From: Lingula anatina
Lineage: Eukaryota > Animalia > Brachiopoda
Assembly: GCA_051362555.1 (NCBI GenBank)
Contig: CM120643.1
Coordinates: 17,426,848 to 17,490,847, forward strand
Direction: 5' to 3'
Length of the DNA stretch: 64,000 nucleotides
Numbering within the stretch: position 1 is the stretch's first letter; every line of letters begins with the position of its first letter. A model generated the notes under the pieces. It was not told the origin of the DNA, searched no databases, and worked only from the letters and a program-made list of their open reading frames with translations. The position numbers and the translations under genes were made by a program. This document shows, one piece after another, positions 1-12,869 of this stretch.

Positions 1-1369
1 GAAGAACGATTCTCTATCGATGGATGCTGATAATATTATAATGCACTGAGACTAGTAACGTCACCTCACATCAAATCAGCATGTTCTGATGGAAATTCAT
101 ATGTTTCGTCTGTAGATGACTTATAAACTTTTCACTTTATACACTAACACTAACACACTTTGAAGAAAGTCACGGATAGACCGAAAGCTTTGTTAGGTAT
201 AGCTTAATTTAGTGTAGAAAGTAAAAATTGAACTGAAAATTAAACATTATTATTATTACTATTATTATTATTATTACCACTCTTGCAACCCGAGGGTTGG
301 ATAATTAGAATCATTGCATCATAGTTTAATTAAAACCACTAGTGAATAAAAATAAAGGAATATTAAAAGACATATGTAAACAGATTTAAAACAAAATGAC
401 TAAAATGCAAGGTTAAAAAATGAAATAAAAGTCTATCAGTTTATTTTGAAACTTGTATATCGCACTTGTTAAAAAGTCACAAATTAAGTATAAGGAATCA
501 GCATGTTGTTTATGCTTATCATTAGCATTGACAAGCATGATGGCGATAAGCGTGTTAAAATGTGTACGTATGTTTTAGATAAAATAGACAACACTAGAGT
601 TAGTGAAGAGGTATCCGTGCCATGTAATGAGAGAGCTCATTGTGATACTGCACTCGTTTTGTACAGATAATCCGCCCTCTAGATTATGACACATTTACGT
701 CACGTTAATTCTAACCTATATGAATCAAATGGAATGCGGGTTGAAGAAAACCCTCTAAACTCCAGGGTGTCACATAATGCCTGTGTTCTCATCCTCGGTG
801 CATTCCGCAATCTCGTCATTATCAGTTTCCTATCTTAGCTGAAGATCTTCCGCATTTTCGGGATAACTGCGACCTAATTTTACATTGTTCAGTTTATCTG
901 TGACGTCATACTTAATATTTAGGCGCTGCAGCCTGCAGCTGCGACCTCTATTTGAAATCAATTCTTATTTATATCAATTACTAGTCAGAATGAGAGATAA
1001 TATTTCAAAAGCCATGCCAAATGGGACATTCAGCTGACTGCGCCCTAGATGAAGGAGAACGTGAAATGGGACATGTTATGGTTGATTGGGCAGACATGTT
1101 GTTTCCGAAACATGTTTGAACACTTGAAACTACGGATGATGTCACAAATTCATGTCTAGATATTGAGATCTTCGGCGACCTTAATCCACGCCCTTACGTT
1201 AGGCTAACTGCCATAAATGGGATGATTGATAGCGTAGGGTTTTGATGATAGTGAATGTCGTCCAGACAAAACTGCTAACGTAGAAAAAGACGTAGTGACA
1301 TTTTGAACAGAAATCCATCACACTAAAGAAGCGCTGAACAGAGAGAATATTTTCAGTAATACTTGCAAT

Positions 1370-4300
1370 ATGATATCAGAAATGTCAGAGGAATCAACGC
1401 GGCATATTTTGTCCGCAGACGCCATCCAGGAAGTAAATGACGACACAGAAGCAGACGATAGGCCGGAATCTCCTGCTAGGCTCAGCGTTCAGGCGGGCAA
1501 CACGTACCAAGTGCCCCAAATGACGTCAAAGGAAGAAGATCACCCGAAAACCATGCGTACCCCTTCAATGGCAGAAATCTTTGGCAACAGGAAAGCAACA
1601 TTGGCAGCAGCGTTGTTGCTGCTTATATACTTTCTCGTCTGTCTGTCCATGCGCGTTTCCGTCGCTACAGCCGGAGGTTTCTTTCTGTCACATTATTTGA
1701 GAAGCATGAATGCCACTTTAGCAATAAGTAATGCTTTCTTTGATAAATTGATTATGCTGGGTGAGTTTTATTGTCGTTTTCACATCAACTTCATTCAAAC
1801 TTTTCTTTTGGTTCTTATTTTTGAAGAGCAGTACACTACACTTGAGACGGTGTATACTTTTATACGTGGTTCGTATCATACAGTTTGAAGTCAAGGAGGT
1901 CAGCATTTCAGATCGCAATATATAGTTATGTACATTATCTTTGCCGAGTTTATCTCTATCTGATTAGATAACATGTATAATAAAGCTTAAACATCACTCA
2001 TTCAACGATTAAAGGGACAATAACTCTATATTTCACAATAAAAACATTGTGAACAACTCATAGAAATATAATATATTCTGTTGTACAAGAAAAATGGCAG
2101 TTATAGCTATTATTCTGATATCTGAGCTTGTCTTTAGGCCACGTGACCTCCACTGATGGCTATACTCTGTTATAATCTCTTAAGAGATTTTAACAAAAAA
2201 TCAAACTTTTTCGAAAAAATACCAAGGACTAACTTTGAATGTAAATATGGATTCATTAACCACTGGTAAGTATGGAAAAATTGTTGTTTACTCCAGGAAA
2301 ATTCATTTTTTTGGCCAAAACGAAGAGTTATTATCCCTTTAACTGTAATATTAATTCGAACGGAACTGCCATTAGACAAAACTTTCCATATTGGAGATAC
2401 TTGCCTTTTGAAATTATAAAGTCTTGGCCTCTAACATTCTGCCACAATCTATTTATCAAGATTGCTTTGAAATCAGCCATTAGATACAGTTTTCACTTTC
2501 TTTCTTTCTTTAATATAAGTTGATCAATTTATTTGTTCGTTCGTTCGCTTGTCTGTCCTACCGCTCACTTATTTATTTATTTATCTATTTATTTATTGTT
2601 TAATTGTTTGTTTGTCAGTTTCTTAGTCTGCTTGTTTGTTTATTGAATTGATTGTTTTTTGGTTTGTTTGCTTATCGAGTTTTTTTTTCATCTCTCCGGT
2701 TACTATCCAGGAGCTACTAAAAGCTTTTCACTGTTATGTGGTCTTGCAGCAGACGTCTGGTTCGGTCATTTCTTCATGATTATATTTGGATTCGTGGTGT
2801 CATTTGTGGGTAAGAATAAAACATGACGTCACCATTTACAAGACTGAGTTACGTCAGCATTCGATGATAGCCATGCAATGTGCGTTAGATCTTTACACGG
2901 CAGAAATGAGCTTTCCTGGAAATTCCGCAATGTTTCCTTTATCACTCAGTTATGCCATATCTACAAATTACGAAATGTCTTGGAAACATGCAGAATGTTT
3001 CGAATTTTTATGGTTAAGAGTGAAATTCCTCATTCTCTATCTGCAAAGCGAGAGGGATTTAAAACTAGAAATCTTAGAACTCGAACACGGTTTATGGATC
3101 GTCACTGTGTGATCTGTTTTGAATAGGTACTTTTTTCTACCTTGGTGATTAAAGATAAACATTGTTGATATTTCTAGAAAAATTAAAGTTTTGCGATATA
3201 AAGGTCTAACGCTCATGGTGTGCTTTTAAGAAAAAGCATGTTGGTATAAAATGTAAAGCGGTGAAGAATGTTGGAGATTTGCATTAAAAGTCGTAAAGGA
3301 TAACTAAATAATCGGTAAGATTTAGGATTCGGGGAATATGGTGAAAGCATTAAAAGTGTATCGCTATGTTTTGGCGTTCACGTTGCCGCCATATGAAGGT
3401 GAATCAACATTACATGTATAAATCAATCTTTTTCGTGGATTTTTTTTTCTTTCAAGCTATTTGCTTGTTTTTACTGCAATGCATATTGCCAATCTTCCTT
3501 TTAGGTTTGCTGTTTGTTGGTGTCCACTTTGCTCTGCCGATAAAGGTCTGAACCTTTTTATGTCTTTTTTTCTATTCATATAGAAATGAAGCAAAACATT
3601 TTCTATTCTATTAAAATTTTTCAGTTGCAACATATATATCTGTCTTGGTTAATTGAGTCAAGAAAACTCTCATTGAGATGAGCACAATACGTGGAACGGC
3701 CCACATATTCCACGCATCAATACATATCTTAAAATATGTAATGTGTTAACTGGCAAGGGATGAGGTAGAATCTAATACTTGTGGTGTGAAGGATTCTGGT
3801 ATCTTAATGAACAGGTGTTCCCGGTGGTGGCGAAGGATCTTGGATTGACGGGGTTTGTGTTGTGTGGCCTTGCCAGTGCCTGCTTCTACCCCGTTTTCCC
3901 TGTCATAGGTGCAAATTATTTTCATCGCCGGAACCACAAGAACGCGTTCCTGCACTGGTAGGTAACTCGTGATTTACCGTATGTACTGATATTACCTTAA
4001 TAGTGTCTGTGACGTACTGGATAGCATGTACTTTACACAAATATAATCTCATTGGCTGGATTTCCCTTCAGGGGGGCGCACAAGGTGATTTTTCATAGAG
4101 ATTTACACAGGTGACGAAGACAAAGATACTGTAACATGTAAGACACAAAACGCAAAAATCACACAGCCAGTTTGGCCAGTTTGGCCTGTTTTATTTATGT
4201 TGAAAAGGAAAAAAGAGAGACTTAGAATCTTTTATTGCATTGTCTTGTCCCTTGTAAGCCAAGTGCTTGTACTAATAAACGTAAACATTTTTACCATGAA

Positions 4301-7300
4301 GTAAAATGAAGCTGGTTTTTGTTGTTTTTTTGCAACAAATTTTGTTATTCATGCAAATGCGGTGAAGTGCCAATGAACCATTAAAAAACTTTTTGGGAAT
4401 TTATTACTATCTTGCACCGTTCACATTGACGACGTTTTCATTGTTGACGTATTCTATGTGCACTGTCTCAACTAAGTTCTTTTATAAGAGCGTCCATTTT
4501 GAAAATATATATTTAAAAAAATTTGCCTCCCTTTTTCTTCGCTCAATCATTCATTCCTTTTTTCGTACATTTGTTTTCGTCTATTCTTTTCTTTCTTATT
4601 TTTCTTTCTTCCCTAAGGCTGATATTTGCGGAAAAATTGAGTGAAACCATCGTCAAAGTGCTCTTCGCTATACAGTATCTCTACCACGATATTTACCAAG
4701 ACTCGTGGCAAATGTTCCTTGCCGCCCCAGCAGCGACTATGCTGGCCTTTATATTCTTCATGGTTGGCAAAGGGTCTTGGCCAATAACTCGTAAATCAGG
4801 TAAATACCCTAAGTCATATAAACGACAGTCAGTCGCTTGTCTTTGTATTTTTAACGAAAAAGAGAAGTGGACAATAGCTCGTAAACAAGGTAAAAATCTT
4901 TAAAGTCATAAATAAGACACAATATACAAGGACAGCAATTTGATGAAACATTGTGTTGATGTCGAATTGTTCCAAAAACAAATCAAGTGCAAAATAATCG
5001 CCCTCTTTCGTTAGGAATGTTTTCATTTCAAATAAAACGCGGATATAAACGACAATATATATGAAATCATCGCTTTTGATTTACAAAACACAATAAAACT
5101 GATTATATAACATCATTAATAATGTAATGAAATGGCAATGTCATGCACCTTGCATACATGTATCACATTCCATTATCAGGCCTTTATAATTTGTAATGAT
5201 AATAACGGTACACTGATGTCTGATTCATAAATTTTATAGGGAGCCAGTTGCTACGTGGAGTTCGAGCTACCATAGAACGGTTGCGAGGACGGCAGCAATC
5301 CCCTCGTCAATCTTACCACGGCCTTGCGGGGAACAAGTCCTCCTCCAGTTTCCACTACATCGGCGAAACCAAAATGTTGATCAACATTTTACTGGTTAAC
5401 ACTTGTATACTTTGCGTAGGAACAGTCACGATCCAGGTGAGGTATCCAGGAGCGTTTACAAGAGTCGACCCGTTTCAGAGTGGGTCAATGTCTATTCAGT
5501 CATATCGATTTTAAAGTTCAGAATTTCAACTTGCCTCGGTGTCCTGGCATATTAAAAACAGAAAAGGGGGACACTTTGCTTTACATGTTTTCGCTGATTT
5601 GTCTTTTTTTAGTATTTTATTTATACTGTATATATCTCAATATATACCTCTCAATATATACTGAGAGGTGGAAGGGGGAAACTCAAGGGCATATATTGTA
5701 TGTTTACAAGATGGCTAAAGTTTCGAGTCAAGAATGCCCACGTTTTTTTTTTTTTTTTTTTCAGACAAGCGCAATGTTTCAACTGCAGGGTGCCCAGTTA
5801 ATACATTTATCTAACACTACCTACGACGACATCAACCCGGCTTACATGGAAGGTTTCACTGCTTTGACCCTTCTGATCGTCATCCCTGTATTTGCCTTCG
5901 TACTCAGCCCCCGGTTGGTGATAAAAGGAGGGTTTTATTTTGCTAGCTATTTTAAGATGGGTATGTATGTATGCTAATTTGGTTAAAATGTGGGAAAAAA
6001 ATACTACCATAGCGATCTAAGATGGATATGTATGTATGCTAATGTAGTTAAAATGTGGATGAAAAATACTACTGCGATCTACATATACTTTAAATTTTAA
6101 ACCATGCCCAGGAAACACACCAAGTTGGTTTCGCGTGTACAACGAGTGTTTCCTGGCAACCGGCTGGTATCCTAGCTACGTGCAGTTGGAACATCTTTAT
6201 GGCTGCTGCAGTATATTAACGTTGAACAACAGAGCCTTGAAAAAAAAGATCCGTATTATCTGACACGTAGACTTTAATTGCCTATTTCATTAAGGATGGA
6301 TAACACTATTGGCACACATATTTGAGTTCTATACATTAAAACCCATATTTTAACATTTTTGGCAGCGTTGGAAGGTTCTGTTATTGACACATCTAAATGT
6401 GTTTAAAGTTTAAAGACATACATTTGTTATACTTCTACAGGGAACAAACTAGGGATTTTTGTTACCAAGGTATATCCAAAATAAAATCGTTGGAAAATAA
6501 TTATCTATACACCAGTTTTGCAGATCTAAATTTACACTTTTGCCTTTCAGTGTTCCGAAATTTACCAGTTTACATTTCCATCGCCTAAAAGCGTAGAAAC
6601 TCATACACGGATTTAAAAATCGTAATTTTGTCACTGGTTTGATATACCTTGGAGTCAGAGGGAAAATGATCAAATTTTCAAAAAATTTTAAAAGTGTTTT
6701 TTTTTTTTTCTTACACAGGTGTAACGCGCAGTGTATTCCTTTAAATTCATTTGACAGCTTGGAATATGTTACGGCATCGTACAAACTCTGTCTTTGCTTT
6801 CTTTTCTCTTCTCATGCAGGTATTGGGATGGTGTGTGGCAGTCTTTCGGTTGTGGCCTTTATCCTATTACAGCAGTATATTGTGGACATGTACCCTGACG
6901 GGGACAAGACTGGGTATGCGCTGTTCTATCAGGTTCCACAGTACGCCCTGGTCAGCGTAGCTCAGGTCACCCATATAGCAGGTGCAGTATCGTTATATGT
7001 CAACACATGGATTGAAATTTTACTTAGAAGAGTAACAGTGTTATTCAGTTACTTGTTTAATCGAAAGGTGAATGAATTAATGAATTTATTAACCGATGAA
7101 TCAGTTAATTGTCTGATTAATCATCACAAATGAAGATTAAGACCCCATTCCCATAGATATTTAGATCGATCTATCTCCCTGGGGAGTCTCATTAGATTGG
7201 TGTCAGCTTAACAAGCTTAAATATGTGTCCCGCCTACTAAAAGCTGTAAGGGGATAATTAACTATGGTGCGCGCTCGGCTGACTGCAATTTAGCGTGAAC

Positions 7301-9466
7301 CCCCAGGGATTTAGGTCGATCTAAATCTAAATCTCTGGATCGATCAGAATCTCTGGGAACGCACTCTTAGATAAATGAATAGATGTTGACAATCAATGTA
7401 CGATGCGGTCCTTTACATGTCCCATACCTTATGTTTCAATTGGACACTTCTCTGTGATGCTTTAGATAAAGTGACATCACGGCAATTTTTATCTACATAG
7501 TGACGACATTGCGTTTTTCATCTGCATCTTCGTTTGCGCTCTCATCATCTGATTAAACACATTGTAGATTTCGCCAGTGATGAACTTCGTCTTTGTCGTC
7601 CTTGTAGTTTGATAAAGCTGTCTAATTTTCTTGTTTTATTTTGCTATTTTAGGGACATATTAAAGTTTACGTTTTGTGGATGACTATCTCCATATTATGT
7701 ATGTTGTGAAACCTAAAAAAGATTCAGATCTGGTACGATGTTATTTTCACTTTCAGCGTTGGAATACAGCTACCAGGGTGCGCCACAGATGCTGAAGTGT
7801 GTGTCCGTTGCCATCTACGAACTAGCCATTGGACTCTCATTCTTCGTCACGCTGATTGTCGAGAAGATAAACCTAACCAATGAATGTAAGGTTGATTTCG
7901 ATAAACCTAAATAAACCTGAATACGATACAGTCCCTGGCAAAGAACGCCGTTTTTTTTTTTTACCTTTGTTAAAGACTTCAACCTGGGGGAGGGGGGTGT
8001 ATAAGCCTGCATGTCAGTTGTACAGTGCGCTGGTCCGTGTATTCATGACTATAATGTAAATACACAACTATTGAAAAATATGCATAAGTCATGTCTTTAA
8101 TAAGTTTTCTGAATATCTAACACGTTTCATCTTTAAACAAAGGTTAGTCTTCAATTTAAATGTATTCATTTGTCTGTTCCTTTCACTTATTATCATTATA
8201 TCTCCCTGTTGGTGTTCAGAACTTGAGAGCCCGTGTAACAGAGAGTCCTCCCTCCATTAGATTCATACATGTGAAGGCTAGCATAGCACCAGTGGATCGA
8301 AGTCTAGAACGCGGGAACTCTCTTCTACCCTTTATACCCCCGTCACACTAGAGGAGGAATGAGCAAGAATGCCGTCTGAAAGACAATTCTTTGTGCGTTC
8401 CTGGAGCATTTTAAAAATTCCGAGTGCATTCCAAATATTTTTACCCATTCTTGTGGCCGGCCCGAATGTTTTGCTCACGTTAAAATCTTTCGAAGTGCAT
8501 TCCAAGTGGAAAATTATCGAATGGCATTTGAATAGTATTCTAACTGAACTATGACTGCATTCTAAATATTCTCACAGCATTCTGACAGCATTCGAAACAT
8601 TATGATCACATTCGAGGAAGGACCGAAATGGCAAGACACTTCAAATCCTGCTAGAATGAGCCAGAATGCAACTCTTATGCATCTCGATCCTATTTCATCC
8701 AGCAATCGAACTACACTCGTACGGCATTCGAAGTGTATTCTAAATACTCTGACTGCATTCTGACAGCATTATTGATATTCCTACATGTAGTTTTCCAACT
8801 ACATTCGAGCTGCATTTGAGAGCTAATACAGCCGAAATGTGCACGAATCAGTCTAGGCGGATTCAGGCTCATTCTGAGTAGGCCTATTCCAACAGCATTC
8901 TTACAAGAATTTAGGTCAATTTGAAATTTCTTCCAGAATGAAGTACGAATTTACAAAATTCTTCATTTGGCTGGTTCTGTTTGATTCCTGAATCCGAATA
9001 AGTGTGACGGGGCCTTTAACAGAGTCATAGAGAGTTTTTTTTTTACTAGATATTCATTTACTGTATATTTAAATGTGACATAATCACTTTTTATTCAGGT
9101 ATGCATCATCGCGCATTTCATCGTGAACTGTGGGTACAGTATGCCGAAATCACTGTTAAATTGTTGGCAGTAATTCACTCTTGGCAATTATCTAAAATTA
9201 CATTTTGAACCAATTGTTTTTCAAATATACATATTTCAGCAAGTCGGTTCGACCCATACGACGCAAGAGATGATAGCATGGAGTACACCATGACAATATT
9301 CCCACTGGTTGTTTCCACACTCGGCGCATGCGTGTTTCTCGCCCTGGCGGTGCGGGCGTACCGTCAATACTCTGGAGCCTCGAAACAGTACAGTCCGCGG
9401 TACAACCAAGTCCGATATGGGAGTATAGTGGTTGGCAAGACAGGCAATAATGAAAACGCCTCGTAA
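1370..9466 (+). CDS. SLC15/POT (PTR2) family MFS transporter, divergent SLC15A4-like paralog 1; 10 coding exons, ~588 aa
   Basis: Exons, all GT-AG and phase-consistent (1767 nt): 1370-1760, 2711-2809, 3505-3545, 3815-3957, 4618-4799, 5240-5436, 5765-5960, 6820-6981, 7757-7885, 9240-9466. POT-like motifs: LLCGLAADVWFGHF (GGxxADxxxG), SGSQL loop, TIQ-TSAMFQLQG, KMGIGMV, YQVPQYALV, LEYSYQGAPQMLK. The micro-exon 3 boundaries and the choice of start ATG (1370 vs 1382) are less certain. Confidence 0.85.
2013..2338. mobile_element. Non-autonomous TIR element (Kolobok-like MITE) in paralog 1 intron 1
   Basis: TTAA on both flanks; terminal inverted repeats AGGGACAATAACTCT / AGAGTTATTATCCCT; homologous to 18162-18476 in the opposite orientation. 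Confidence 0.75.
7141..7366. mobile_element. PIF/Harbinger-like MITE family A, copy 1
   Basis: Termini GACCCCATTCCCA..TGGGAACGCACTC with TAA/TTA flanks; reverse-complement homolog of 25968-26193 and 63037-63251. Confidence 0.8.
8337..9012. mobile_element. Non-autonomous TIR element in paralog 1 intron 9
   Basis: Terminal inverted repeat CCCCGTCACACT / AGTGTGACGGGG; the interior is rich in repeated gcattc/ttcga words and has no coding capacity. Confidence 0.6.
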
Positions 9467-10341
9467 ATGTGGATAAATCAAAGAAATACAATACACGAAC
9501 AATGTGAGTGACTTTGCAAAATCTACACAGAGTGCGTAACGAACTGTACACCAATACGCACATAATACACGCCAGTAGGCCTAATATATTTTAATATAAT
9601 TTGAAACAAGTATTGATGTCATTATGAAATTGACATGTAACATTAGGCATTGCAAACTTTGTTTTTGTAACATAAGGCATTGCAAACTTTGTTTTTATTT
9701 TAACTTAAAAGTTAAAACTTAAAAAGAGGAAACAAAGCTGAGCTGTGTTGAAAAGCTGTGTTGAACATTGAATTCGTGCAGTTGAACGACGTCATTCGCA
9801 CTGATGAATAATATGAATACATTTAGACAGAATATGAGCTTGATTTTTTCTAAGTTTGACGACCAGTTTGATTGACGTGATCTATCTATATTCCTTGTTA
9901 TCGCATGGTGGGGACTAAGATGAAGGTTGGCACATTGTGGGGACCAAGATGGAATGGGAGATTCGACGTTACCCCTGTAACCTCCCCCCCCCCCCCCAAA
10001 AAAAAAAAAAAAAAAATCATTTCAACACTTTCACTTACCTATCGAGAACAAACAATTTTTTTTCATTCCCATGTCCTTCATGTTATTGTATCAATTGCCT
10101 TCGCCAAATGTTTTATGACGCACATGATATTCATCCTTTTGAGCACCTCCTTTAGCAAACCCCTATTAAACCCGGTGTGACAAGAATGGTAGTCCTATAG
10201 CTTTAACTTTAGTTTGGGTCCCATTATTGTTAGTAGAGGTGAGAGTTAGTCGTATTATTGGGCTTAGTAAATTAGACGAATGTTACCTGTACAAAGTGAT
10301 GGAGAAGGAACTACGATCCCTAGCGGACTGTTTTAAACTAT

Positions 10342-10382
<41 letters not shown>

Positions 10383-10829
10383 TAAATTGAACGCCAATTA
10401 AATGTTTCGAATGACATTGGGTAGAATTTTAGGGACCGTAGTTAAGAGCATGTAGCTTTTTTGTATCACTGAATTGTACGGCGTGATTATTGATAATTCT
10501 AATTTGGATTTCATTATGTTATATGTATTCCATTATATCTTATCCATTATCTGTGCCAGCCTTTATATTGAGAATAAATGTCGTACATACGTGTTATATA
10601 ACATACAGGTTTGAAATAGATAGTTCTATTTTTTTTTTAAATTTCTTCTTTTGTGTATTTTTAATACCTCGGTATTATCTTAATAAAAGTCTGTATTATC
10701 TTAATAAAATTCCCATGTATATACATGTATGACAAATGTATCGGTTTTCCTGAACAGATTTCTAAATCAACCCAAGTCACAAAATGTATTAAAGTTAAAA
10801 TAAAAGATGTTTTATTTATTAACTAATTT

Positions 10830-10860
<31 letters not shown>

Positions 10861-11197
10861 TTATTATTAAAACCAGCATGAAAAAATATTTTTTGATCTG
10901 ATCTTTCATCGAATATGTACCACGTTTGTGTGCTAGAAAACTGAGTTGACAAAATCGCGTGTACTCTTTAATGGAAAGTCACTCAGGATTCTCGCGTGCT
11001 ATATGACGCCGCTATGCAGTGATCTCCATGTTGGTAGGCGTTGCTGAGATAACAGTTTCCTCATGAACAGCCAAAATGAGGCCAATACGCGGAAAAAATA
11101 TCATAGCAGGAAGAATGCATATGAACAAAACACTGACAATTACTAGATGCCAAGGTCGATGATGATACTGAACTGAAAGTGAACGGCTAGAATTAAC

Positions 11198-12835
11198 ATG
11201 GGGGACACTGAGGTCTTGAGTGAGGAACCTCTGGTCAGCGCGCCCCGGGATGAAGTCGATGAACATGAGAGGGAAGAGAGGGCCTTTTCGGTAAACTCCC
11301 TAACAACTGACCTGCGTCCCTCGGGATGGTTAACTCGGGCAGCAGCTTGTGTCCTTGTCACGAATTTATTCGAGCGATTGGCTTTTTTCACGATCCAGGA
11401 TAACCTGGACCGCTTTCTTATAAATGAACTAAATTATACCAACACCGGTGCCTTCACGTGTCATATGATATTTGTAGGTGAGTGAACTGCCGTTATAATT
11501 ACCTTGGGTGTAAGAGACCATTCCCAGACCCTATCGTACTAACTGTGGATAGCTCTATCTCCCAGGGGATTCTCGCTAAATTGCAATCAACTTAAGCGAT
11601 CTAGGTATGGGAACTCGGTCTAAGAGGTCAGGTAGAGCTCGAGTTTATAGTATGCTTCTACTGTTTACAATGACCGCTGAAACACAGGGTACTTGTCGCT
11701 GATTGGCAGTATTAATTGTCTTGATGCCTGTTCAATCGTGAACAGTGAAGAAGCGGCGAAGTGGGTGTATTTGTAACAGATATTAGTTCCTGGAATTAGC
11801 CCAGTGGTACGAATAGAAAGCTATACCAAAGACCACTTGAGCATGATAACGTGAATGACCTATATTTTAAGGCTGCTACAAACAGTGATCCTTGAAGAGT
11901 AGCGACACATTTAAAGCGGCTATATATATGTCGCACGAGTCAGGTTATGAATAAAATAAGTGTAAATGAGATTGCTAGCATTTAAGCGCCATTTTTATTG
12001 AATCAGTTAAATTAATTTTAAAAAGTTTCTACCCTGCAATTTTTAAAAATCTATAACATGCATATAGGGTCTTTTACCATAACATGCTTATAGGGTCGGT
12101 TAGGAGGGGTGCATTCCAAAACCGAACGGTTTACAGGGGCGGACCAGGTTTATTTGAAGGGGGGGGGGAGGTCTGCGGATGCGAAGCCGACCCTCCCCAT
12201 CCCCCGGCGTGAGGTTTGTGGCCCGCTCAAGGGTCCCTAAAGTTTTTAGTATTTTAGAGGGCGAACGGTGCCATTTGGTACGGTTTAGAACTATGATTCA
12301 TCTAGTTAAATCTATAATATTAGTGTTATGAAAAATGACGACAGCAGTTTGGAGCTTTGAAACGTTTATTCACCGACTTCTCTTTCACAGAATCTACAAG
12401 TATTTTTATTCTATTTTCCCAAAGAATTTCCCATTCTCATATTACAAAACTCTATTCAATATTTCCTAATTAAGTAATTTAAATGAGACTTGTTTATGAT
12501 TTAAAATATTTAAAATATTTTCCGAGCTACTCATCTTGGATCTTGTCCAACTCAAGTATGCATGAGTTCTACACGTGTTAAAAACGTGCAAATCGATAGA
12601 AAAATTAACCAATCAGATCCAACTATATCTGACTCTGAAATGTTCCACTCTTTCTTGCATCGAGAACAGTCTCTACATTCGTTGACACTTTAAGACATTA
12701 ACTTTGCACTCAATAACTTCCTACACATTTAATTCCGTTTTAATTGTTTTGTAATTGTCGAAAGTGTATGTCATTTGCTTTACAACATTAGGGAATATTA
12801 GTGTGATTTTTTTCAGATATTGAAGGGGCCGTCAG

Positions 12836-12869
<34 letters not shown>

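Noticed and set aside
901-908. Perfect CRE (TGACGTCA) upstream of paralog 1
   Set aside because: It is a single 8-mer, the same word recurs in exon 1 and intron 2, and the TSS is unknown.
3625-3660. Candidate exon with an in-frame TGA (possible Sec or readthrough) in paralog 1
   Set aside because: The 41-nt exon 3505-3545 gives an open, family-consistent frame, so no recoding is needed.
11198-11240. Lysosomal dileucine signals (SEEPLV; EESTRHIL in paralog 1)
   Set aside because: The spacing does not match [DE]xxxL[LI] exactly; suggestive only.
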